From assembly GCA_044440125.1 (NCBI GenBank), contig JBITAJ010000018.1, positions 1 through 64,000 on the forward strand: a stretch of DNA of 64,000 nucleotides. Reading direction: 5' to 3'. Positions 41,144 to 48,980 of this stretch are shown here, piece after piece. A model generated the notes under the pieces. That model saw nothing but the letters and a program-made list of their open reading frames with translations. It ran no database searches and was not told the origin of the DNA. The stretch comes from Sedimentisphaeraceae bacterium JB056. Its GTDB lineage: Bacteria; Planctomycetota; Phycisphaerae; Sedimentisphaerales; Sedimentisphaeraceae. The number at the start of each line of letters is the position of its first letter. The first letter of the stretch is position 1. The position numbers and the translations under genes were made by a program.

Positions 41144-41166
41144 GGGCGTCTCGTTGACGCTCCTAT
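41140..41166 (+). repeat. GTAG-type REP-like palindrome overlapping a stop codon
   Basis: GTAGGGGCGTC-TCGTT-GACGCTCCTAT. Confidence 0.5.
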
Positions 41167-41209
41167 ATTCATTAATAATTTTGAATATAGTATTGAATAG
41201 AAATTCAGT

Positions 41210-42463
41210 ATGAAAACTAATGGATTACTTCAGACTTCTATATCAAATTTTGAAAATTCGGCCAAGCGACTGAATTTGAATTCTTTGATATATGACAGCT
41301 TGCTTTATCCAAAGGAAAGAATTGAATGCACTACTGTGCCGATTTTAACCAATGGTAAGCACTGTAAGATAAAAACCTATCTGGTAAGACATAATGACGC
41401 GTTAGGTCCTTCGAAGGGTGGTATTAGAATGCTGCCCGATGTTACACTTGATGATATTACCGGCCTTGCAATGGAAATGACCTGGAAAACAGCGTTGATA
41501 GGTGTACCATTTGGCGGCGGTAAATCAGGTATATGCTGTGACAGTTCAGATATGACTGCCGATGATAAAGAAATTGTTCTACGTTCATTTACGCGAGGTG
41601 TAGCACGTCATATAGGTCCGGAAATTTATATACCTGCACCTGATATGGGTACAAATGAAACTGATATGGGGCATATAAAAGACTGTGTTGCTTATTCCAA
41701 GGCAACTTCTATTACTGAAGGTTGCTATGTTACAGGCAAACCTGTTATACTTGGTGGTATAATTGGTCGTAGACAGGCGACGGGCAGTGGTGTTGCTTAT
41801 AGCGTGCAGGCGGCTTGTGACAAACTTGGTATAGATATGAACGGTTGCCGTATAGTAGTTCAGGGGTTTGGTAATGTAGGTTCTGTAGCCGCTTCTGTTT
41901 TAGCGGACCATGGGGCTAAAATAATAGCAGTAAGTGATATTTCGGCTGCTGTGTTTGATCCCAATGGTATTGATATTGAAAGTCTTCTGAATTATTCTGA
42001 TATTAATGGAAATATAAAAGGCTTTGATAATGCGGAAATAATGGACTCTCGACAGATGCTTGAGCTTGATTGCGACGTATTGATACCTGCAGCCGCACAA
42101 TCTCAGATAAATGAAGTGAATGCAGATAAAATAAAAGCGAAGATAATAGCTGAAGGAGCCAATGCTCCGACTACACCGCAAGGCGACGAAATTTTGAATG
42201 AAAAGAATGTTTTCATTGTGCCGGATATCCTCTGCAATGCAGGCGGTGTATTTGTTTCGTATCTCGAATATGCACAGGAAACACAAAGAGAGCAGATGGC
42301 TCTTGAGGATGTTCAACAGCGTCTATTTAACAGGATGAATCAAAAGTTCCAGCAAGTATTTGATTACAGCGTTTCGCAGGGAATAACCATGAGAAACGCG
42401 GCGATGGATATAGCAATTAAAACAGTGGCTCAGGGGTTGACCAGTAGAGGTTTTCACCCATAA
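41210..42463 (+). CDS. Glu/Leu/Phe/Val dehydrogenase (glutamate dehydrogenase-like)
   Basis: GPSKGGIR, MTWK, PFGGGK, PAPDMGT, TGKP, QGFGNVG, EGAN.P, PD...NAGGV.VSY.E. Confidence 0.92.
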   Translation: MKTNGLLQTSISNFENSAKRLNLNSLIYDSLLYPKERIECTTVPILTNGKHCKIKTYLVRHNDALGPSKGGIRMLPDVTLDDITGLAMEMTWKTALIGVPFGGGKSGICCDSSDMTADDKEIVLRSFTRGVARHIGPEIYIPAPDMGTNETDMGHIKDCVAYSKATSITEGCYVTGKPVILGGIIGRRQATGSGVAYSVQAACDKLGIDMNGCRIVVQGFGNVGSVAASVLADHGAKIIAVSDISAAVFDPNGIDIESLLNYSDINGNIKGFDNAEIMDSRQMLELDCDVLIPAAAQSQINEVNADKIKAKIIAEGANAPTTPQGDEILNEKNVFIVPDILCNAGGVFVSYLEYAQETQREQMALEDVQQRLFNRMNQKFQQVFDYSVSQGITMRNAAMDIAIKTVAQGLTSRGFHP

Positions 42464-42480
42464 TTGAAAGGAGATTATAT

Positions 42481-43548
42481 ATGAATGAAATAGGATTTGG
42501 TGTAGTAGGTGCGGGTTTGATAGCTCCATTTCACCTCAATGCCATAAAGGATTCTGTTGGCGGTAAAGCAGTGGGCATCTTTGATGTATGCACTGAAAAG
42601 GCGCAGGAAATGGCAGATAAATTTGATATGAAGGTTTACTCTTCTTTGGCTGAGATGCTTGACGATTCGGCGATTGATGTAGTTTGCGTTGCTACTCCCA
42701 ATCATCTTCACAAGGATATTGTGATTGAAGCGGCAAAGAAGGGCAAGCATGTCCTGACTGAAAAGCCGCCGGCAATGACTCTTGGTGATACTGATGAGAT
42801 GTTGGATGCCTGTGAAAAGGCCGGTGTTAAATTCGGCTGTTTTGTGCAGTGCAGAATCCGTAAGGCGATACAGGCGATTAAAGCGGCTGTTGACCAGGGA
42901 CGTTTCGGTAAACTTCTCCATGCCGATGCTTATATGAAATGGTTTCGCGGGCAGGATTATTATACTTCTGACGGTTGGAGAGGCCAGAAGCAATCGGGCA
43001 GCGGTGTTACTGTAGCTCAGGGTTTTCATTATATTGATCTGCTTCAATACATTGCAGGGCCTGCGGTTTCTGTTGAAGCGAAGATGGAAAATATTGCTCA
43101 TCCGGGCATTTCGCTTGAAGATGATGTTATTGCTCATATCGAATACGCTAATGGTGCCAGAGGAGTTGTTCAGCTTTCTACTGCTATATGGCCGGGTACT
43201 GATATCAGGATTGAAATCAACGGTACTGAAGGTACGGCTGTTATGAGTGGAGAGAAAATGCAGACATGGAAATTCAAGGATGAGCGTGAGGAAGATGGTG
43301 CTATTGCTAACCTCGGCAACGCTGCGCAAGCTACAGGTGCGGGCGGAGCGGCCGACTTTGGACACAGCGACCATACAGTAGTTGTGCAGGATATGATTGA
43401 ATCGATAAAGAGCGGTAAAGAAGTTGTTATACCGGTTAAAGATGTACGGCCTACGATTGAAATAATATTGGCAATGTATCAGTCTGCTGCAAGAAATCAG
43501 GCCGTTAATTGGCCGGTTCAGGATGATCCGGCCGCATGGCAGAACTGA
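42481..43548 (+). CDS. Gfo/Idh/MocA oxidoreductase
   Basis: GAGLI, TPN.LH, GKHVLTEKP, WRG....G.G....QG.H.ID. Confidence 0.92.
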   Translation: MNEIGFGVVGAGLIAPFHLNAIKDSVGGKAVGIFDVCTEKAQEMADKFDMKVYSSLAEMLDDSAIDVVCVATPNHLHKDIVIEAAKKGKHVLTEKPPAMTLGDTDEMLDACEKAGVKFGCFVQCRIRKAIQAIKAAVDQGRFGKLLHADAYMKWFRGQDYYTSDGWRGQKQSGSGVTVAQGFHYIDLLQYIAGPAVSVEAKMENIAHPGISLEDDVIAHIEYANGARGVVQLSTAIWPGTDIRIEINGTEGTAVMSGEKMQTWKFKDEREEDGAIANLGNAAQATGAGGAADFGHSDHTVVVQDMIESIKSGKEVVIPVKDVRPTIEIILAMYQSAARNQAVNWPVQDDPAAWQN

Positions 43549-43633
43549 TTATTGTAAAGGTATTAGGTAGTAGTTTGTTGCTGGTATAAATACGAAGCTG
43601 TAAACTATTGCCTAATGCCTATTGATTCGTGCC

Positions 43634-44281
43634 TTATGCTTTGGGGTTTTTAAGGCCGCTTTCAAGTAATTCGCTTACCTGAGAAGCTAAATTTCTTCTT
43701 GTAAGTTCCGTGTCAAGCCCGATATTAAGCAATTGAGAAATTGTCAATCTGTTTGAATAGTAGAAATAGGTTAATGCGAAAACGGTCATGATGTATGTTG
43801 AGAAGGCTATATCCTTTTTGAAAAAACCTTTTTCAACACCAATGTTATACAGCTTTTCGATATGTGATATGTATGGGCCTCGTATTTCAGACCAGTTTGT
43901 TTGTTTCTGGTTGCGACCCTGACTGATGTTTTCCCATGAAAGCAGTCGCCAGAAATCGGGATGGCTGTGATGGAATTCAAGGAACGCTGAGACGAGTTTG
44001 AATGTGAGATCCGGAAGATCGTTCTCGGAAAGATTCATGATCTTTTCCTGATGAGCGGCTTCAGAGTAAACATCGGTAAGTACACTGTTGTACAGGTCTG
44101 ATTTTGAACCGAAATAAGCATATATTCTTTGCTTGTTGATATTAGCCAGTTCGGCGATTTCGTCGATTCTGGCGCCATCAAAGCCTTTTTGGGCGAAAAT
44201 ATGTCGTGCGGCAAGAAGTATTGCCTGCATGCTTTTTTTAGAACGTTTTTGTTTTGGTTTAAATTCATTCATAGTACTCAT
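43634..44281 (-). CDS. TetR/AcrR-family regulator (RutR-like)
   Basis: IL.AA...F...GF.GAR.DEIA..A......IY.YF.SK..LY; FWRL..WEN. Confidence 0.93.
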   Translation of the reverse strand: MSTMNEFKPKQKRSKKSMQAILLAARHIFAQKGFDGARIDEIAELANINKQRIYAYFGSKSDLYNSVLTDVYSEAAHQEKIMNLSENDLPDLTFKLVSAFLEFHHSHPDFWRLLSWENISQGRNQKQTNWSEIRGPYISHIEKLYNIGVEKGFFKKDIAFSTYIMTVFALTYFYYSNRLTISQLLNIGLDTELTRRNLASQVSELLESGLKNPKA

Positions 44282-44314
44282 AATATGAATATTAACCAAA
44301 ACAAGGATAAATAC

Positions 44315-44330
44315 AAGTAACTGGTTGCTT
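44315..44330. promoter_or_regulatory. Palindromic putative TetR operator in the divergent intergenic region
   Basis: AAGTAAC-TG-GTTGCTT, nested inside CAAGGATAAA...TTTATCTTG. Confidence 0.55.
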
Positions 44331-44401
44331 TTATCTTGATATTTTTATAACATTAAACCTTATAGTTGGTTTTAGATATAACTTTAATGAATGGTTTTGA
44401 A

Positions 44402-45427
44402 ATGAAGAATTTTCCTGAGAGTTTTAGTTCGCAAAAAGAATTAGATGAATTTATAAATACTCCCTCAAGTGAGCTTGTTGAATACTTCCGCAGTCTGGAA
44501 GGTGATGTGATGGTGCTTGGCGGCAGCGGCAAGATGGGGCCGGCTGTCAGTATGATGGCTAAGAAGGCAGCAGAACTTAGCGGAGTTGATCGTAATATAT
44601 ACGCGGTTGCCAGAAGTGCGATGCCTCAACTTGAAGCTGCGGGAATAAAGACGTTTCAGTGCGATTTGCTTGATATTGAACAGCTCGAGAAGCTCCCTAA
44701 GGCTAAGAATATTATTTATCTTGTAGGTCGTAAGTTTGGTTCTACAGGAAATGAAGGTATGACTTGGGCGATAAATACTATTGTGCCTTCAAATGTAGGG
44801 CGGGTGTTTTCCGGTAGCAATATAGTTGCCCTTTCAACAGGTTGCGTCTATCCGGTAGCGGATATTACGAGCATCGGAAGCAGCGAAATGGATGCACCTG
44901 CTCCTGTCGGCGAATATGCTACGAGTTGTCTTGGCAGGGAGCGTGTATTTGACTATTACGCGGCGGCGAATAATTTTAATATAGTTCATATACGCTTGAA
45001 TTATTCACTTGATCTCCGCTATGGCGTGCTTGTGGATATTGCCAGAAAGGTTTATGAACAAAAGTCTGTCGACTTGACAAGTGGGTATTTTAACGGTATA
45101 TGGCAGGGAGATGCGTGTGACCAGATATTACGGGCAATTTCCTTAGCCGGTCGGCCCGGTACAGCTCTGAATATTACAGGTCCGGAAACTCTTTCTGTTC
45201 GTCAGGCTGCGCGTGAATTTGGGCAATGTTTTGGGAAAGAGCCGATTTTTGAAGGTGTTGAAAATGGCAAGTCTTATCTCAGTAACGCCTCGAAAGCTAA
45301 TGGGATATTTGGCAATCCACGTGTGCCGATTTCACAAGTGATAAAATGGACAGCTCAATGGGTAGAGCAAGGTGGAGAAAATTGGGGTAAGCCCACTCAT
45401 TTTGAGGTTCAGGACGGGAAATATTGA
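44402..45427 (+). CDS. NAD-dependent epimerase/dehydratase (extended SDR)
   Basis: LGGSGKMG, GRKFG, STGCVY, EY..SCLGRE, RLNY..DLRYG. Confidence 0.88.
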   Translation: MKNFPESFSSQKELDEFINTPSSELVEYFRSLEGDVMVLGGSGKMGPAVSMMAKKAAELSGVDRNIYAVARSAMPQLEAAGIKTFQCDLLDIEQLEKLPKAKNIIYLVGRKFGSTGNEGMTWAINTIVPSNVGRVFSGSNIVALSTGCVYPVADITSIGSSEMDAPAPVGEYATSCLGRERVFDYYAAANNFNIVHIRLNYSLDLRYGVLVDIARKVYEQKSVDLTSGYFNGIWQGDACDQILRAISLAGRPGTALNITGPETLSVRQAAREFGQCFGKEPIFEGVENGKSYLSNASKANGIFGNPRVPISQVIKWTAQWVEQGGENWGKPTHFEVQDGKY

Positions 45428-45450
45428 TTTTTTTTGCAAGTGAGGATGTA

Positions 45451-46191
45451 ATGAGATTGTTCAACGGTTCTATGATTTTTGCAGCAGTATGCTTTGTTGC
45501 TTTGATTTTTGGGTGTTCAATGCAGGGTAAGAATGTCTGTTCAGATCAAATTTTATTTGAGGATGATTTTTGCGGTCTTGAAAACTGGCATTTTGAAGGT
45601 CTTACAGAAGGTGTAACGAATCCGAAGCCTGGTATTATGCGGCTTGACTGCAATGGATCAAAACAGGGTGGTGCGGGATGTATGTCTTTTTGTAAGCTGA
45701 ATTTTCCTGATAATATAAGCATTGAGTACGATTTGTTTGTTGAAGAAAAGAATGGTCTTTTAATAACGTTCGTAGCTCTTGAAGGGCTTGACGGACAGGA
45801 TGGTATTACCGGCGTACCTCCCAGAACAGGAGTTTTTGGTGATTATGTCGGCAAGGATGCTTCAACTCGCAGTTATCATGTTTCAATAAGCAGGTATGAC
45901 GACAATGCTGAGCATACCGGAGTTTCGAATTGGCGAAGAAATCCGGGGCTGAATCTTATGGGGCAGGGGAAAGATCCATGCGAAGAGATACATAAGTGGT
46001 ATCATGTTAAAATAATCAAGAAAGGTCCTTATTGCGGCCTTTATGTTGATGGGAAACTTGCTTCGGAGTTTGATGATCCGCAGACTCTTGAAGGTGCTGT
46101 TCCGACAAGTGGTAAGGTTGGTTTCAGGGCAATAGGAGCAAGAGCTGTTGCAGAGATATCAAATTTCAAGGTTTCTAAACTTGATGAATAA
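45451..46191 (+). CDS. YesU/DUF1961-like beta-sandwich lipoprotein
   Basis: Lipobox-like IFGC; FPDN..IE.D, SYH.S, N.R.NPG, G..GFR. Confidence 0.6.
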   Translation: MRLFNGSMIFAAVCFVALIFGCSMQGKNVCSDQILFEDDFCGLENWHFEGLTEGVTNPKPGIMRLDCNGSKQGGAGCMSFCKLNFPDNISIEYDLFVEEKNGLLITFVALEGLDGQDGITGVPPRTGVFGDYVGKDASTRSYHVSISRYDDNAEHTGVSNWRRNPGLNLMGQGKDPCEEIHKWYHVKIIKKGPYCGLYVDGKLASEFDDPQTLEGAVPTSGKVGFRAIGARAVAEISNFKVSKLDE

Positions 46192-46302
46192 AAATCTGGC
46201 TTAAATCCAGTAATATTAATATTTTAACACCTTTTGTACTGCATGCCGGCGGAGAGAAGTCTCTGTCGGCATAGCTATGCGCTGTATCTATAGGAAAGTC
46301 TG

Positions 46303-47508
46303 ATGTCTACAATAAGTTCAATTTATAATATCGGGACAGGTCCGTCAAGTTCTCACAGTATGGGGCCGAGAAAAGCCGCTGAAATTTTTGCAAAAAACTG
46401 TAACGAAAACATCGAGATTGTGGCAGAACTTTATGGTTCTCTTGCTGCTACAGGTAAAGGCCATTTAACTGATATTGCTGTATGTGAAGGGGCCTTACCT
46501 TGTAAAGTTCGGGTTATATGGAAAAAAGAGGAATTGCTGCCTCATCATCCCAATGGTATGATTTTTAAGGCTTATCAAGGGGATAAGCTGTTCGATAAGT
46601 GGCAGGTGTACAGTATTGGCGGAGGCAGACTCTGGGATGGAGAGGAGAGGATAAAAACGCCGGAAAACACGGTTTGTTACAATAGTATTGACGCTGTCAT
46701 AAAAGAATGTAAGGCTGAAAATAAAACGTTGGCTGATTATATTAACAATGCTGAAGGCGAAGCTCTAAAACGGTATCTTGCTGAGGTATGGGCTGTTATG
46801 AGTGATTCAGTGAGAAGAGGGCTTACCTGTAAGCAGCGAGTCTTGCCCGGCGGTTTGAATTTGATACGAAAGGCAAGCGGATTTATTCAAGATATTACAA
46901 GTGTTGGTCTTGATCGTGATATGGCTGATATATGTGGTTATGCCTTGGCTGTTTCAGAAGAAAATGCTGCTGGATCTGTCATTGTTACTGCACCTACTTG
47001 CGGTTCATGCGGTGTTGTGCCCGGGGTGTTGATGTATTTTAAGAAAAAGGGCAGCAGTGATCCTGAGATAATAACGGCTCTTGCTGTTGGTGGCTTGTTT
47101 GGTGCTGTTACTGCCCAAAGAGCGTCGATAAGTGGTGCAGAGGTGGGATGTCAGGGTGAAATTGGTACTGCTTGTGCAATGGCTTCTGCGGCGGCCGCGT
47201 ATCTGCTTGGGGGCAATATTGAGCAAATAGAATATGCCGCTGAGATGGGTATGGAGCATTTTCTTGGCCTTACATGCGACCCTGTTCTTGGGTTGGTTCA
47301 GATACCTTGTATTGAACGTAATGCTTTTGCTGCGATGCGTGCTGTGGAGTGTGCTGTGTATGCAACTAAGACTGATGGCAGTCATATTGTGACCTTTGAT
47401 CAGGTAGTTGATGTTATGAAGCAGACAGGTCTTGATATGAAAGATAAGTACAGGGAAACTTCTCTTGGTGGGCTGGCTTCGATTGTAAAACGTGGAATTG
47501 TGTTTTGA
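46303..47508 (+). CDS. sdaA: Fe-S L-serine dehydratase (fused alpha/beta)
   Basis: GPSSSH, LYGSL..TG.GH.TD, EENA, APT.G, SGAE.GCQ.E, GLTCDP..GLVQ.PC.ERN, ETS.GGLA. Confidence 0.95.
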   Translation: MSTISSIYNIGTGPSSSHSMGPRKAAEIFAKNCNENIEIVAELYGSLAATGKGHLTDIAVCEGALPCKVRVIWKKEELLPHHPNGMIFKAYQGDKLFDKWQVYSIGGGRLWDGEERIKTPENTVCYNSIDAVIKECKAENKTLADYINNAEGEALKRYLAEVWAVMSDSVRRGLTCKQRVLPGGLNLIRKASGFIQDITSVGLDRDMADICGYALAVSEENAAGSVIVTAPTCGSCGVVPGVLMYFKKKGSSDPEIITALAVGGLFGAVTAQRASISGAEVGCQGEIGTACAMASAAAAYLLGGNIEQIEYAAEMGMEHFLGLTCDPVLGLVQIPCIERNAFAAMRAVECAVYATKTDGSHIVTFDQVVDVMKQTGLDMKDKYRETSLGGLASIVKRGIVF

Positions 47509-47747
47509 TTTGCTTGATTTGTGAATTGATTCTGAATTGATTTTGTCTGATTTGGTTAAAATCCAAATTTTTAGTTGTTTTTATAAGTTGTTTTAATTAA
47601 ATTGTTTAAGTGTTATTTTTGTTGTCTGTTGTTTGCTTTTTAAGATTTTTTTTACTGTGCCGTATTGATATTGATTTTTGTTTTTGGTAAATTGTTACTA
47701 TTGAAATACGTATTGATTTTTGTTTGATTTGCAGGGATTGAAATCTT

Positions 47748-48827
47748 ATGAGTTTAGTACTTGAAAGCACAATAAATCCGGTTGATGAGATAACTGATAA
47801 ACTTAGAGATGAAATAATGTCTCTTGATCTTGAACCGGGCACGAGGCTGCAGCCTCTTCGTGAACTTGCGGCAAGGTATGGCACTTCTTATATCACAGTC
47901 AGAAAAGCAATAACCCATTTGTGTGAAGAGGGACTTTTGTACAGCAGAAGGGGTGCTGGTGTCTATGTCAGTGGGTCAGAAGAAGATGCCTGTGATATTA
48001 AGAACAAAACCCTCACAATGCTTTTTTCCGGTATGGAGCAGCATGTCACTACCACACCTGTTTACAGTCGTGTTTTATATGGAATAGAAAAAGAAGCAGA
48101 AAAACTTGGTTTTGATGTTGTTATTTCCATGATGAAACGTGTCGATGATTTCAGTAAGACGGATACCTTTAATAATGCAGCCGGTTTTCTTGCTCTTGGT
48201 GATGAATTGCCGGGAATGCAGTCTTTATTCAGGGGTAAGCCTTTTGTATGGGTAATGGGTGCTGATAAGAAGTGGGGCGATCATATCTCTTACAATAACA
48301 AGTTGATAGGTGAGATAGCTGCCAAGACTCTCGCTGACAGAGGCCACAAGAATGTTGCTTATGTTAATGTTGATCCGGTTGTCGGCAGGCAAAGGTGCGG
48401 CACTTTTAAGTTTTATTCTGAGCTTAAGGGTGTAGAGGTACAGGGTTATGACAATCCTGATGCCCTTCAAACTACAAAATTCGAACAGCATATCGATCAG
48501 AAGATAATGGATAACTGGGTAGCGGATATGCTTCAGAGTAAGTCTATGCCTACAGGGATATTTGTTGTTGATATGGCTGCTTTCAGTCTATACAGTTCTC
48601 TTTTGGATAAAGGACTCAAACCGGGCAAGGATGTGGAATTAATTACATGTAACTGCTGGGATGTTCCGGCGTTCAGAAGGAACTATTGTCCGCTGAATAT
48701 CGATATCTATGCAGAAGAAATCGGATCTATGGCTGTAAGACATCTTGGATGGCGATTTGCTCATCGTGATAACAAACGTGTTGTCATGAAGGTAGAGCCG
48801 TCTCTTGACGAGAGTAAAAAAAAATAA
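47748..48827 (+). CDS. GntR wHTH + LacI-type sugar-binding domain regulator (AraR-like)
   Basis: PG.RL...RELA..Y..S..TVRKA...L..EG......G.G.YV, followed by a periplasmic-binding-protein-like domain. Confidence 0.88.
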   Translation: MSLVLESTINPVDEITDKLRDEIMSLDLEPGTRLQPLRELAARYGTSYITVRKAITHLCEEGLLYSRRGAGVYVSGSEEDACDIKNKTLTMLFSGMEQHVTTTPVYSRVLYGIEKEAEKLGFDVVISMMKRVDDFSKTDTFNNAAGFLALGDELPGMQSLFRGKPFVWVMGADKKWGDHISYNNKLIGEIAAKTLADRGHKNVAYVNVDPVVGRQRCGTFKFYSELKGVEVQGYDNPDALQTTKFEQHIDQKIMDNWVADMLQSKSMPTGIFVVDMAAFSLYSSLLDKGLKPGKDVELITCNCWDVPAFRRNYCPLNIDIYAEEIGSMAVRHLGWRFAHRDNKRVVMKVEPSLDESKKK

Positions 48828-48980
48828 CATTGATAATAATGTAGAGGTTTTGAAGGCTCAGTATCAAATTTTATGGTAAGAGATATTTGATTCTTAGCTG
48901 AGTGAATTGGTAATATGGGACAGGATAATCTGTTTCGTAAGGTATTTTGTGTTAACCTTAATATTGAAAGAAGGATTAGT

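Noticed and set aside
42475..43374. 299-aa antisense ORF, and other long shadow ORFs (e.g. 12433-13062, 692-1240, 19523-20071)
   Set aside because: They overlap well-supported genes on the opposite strand and show no recognisable motifs.
46243..46272. Hairpin upstream of sdaA as a riboswitch or attenuator
   Set aside because: Single 13-bp stem with no U tract, leader peptide or recognisable aptamer; more likely a stability element.
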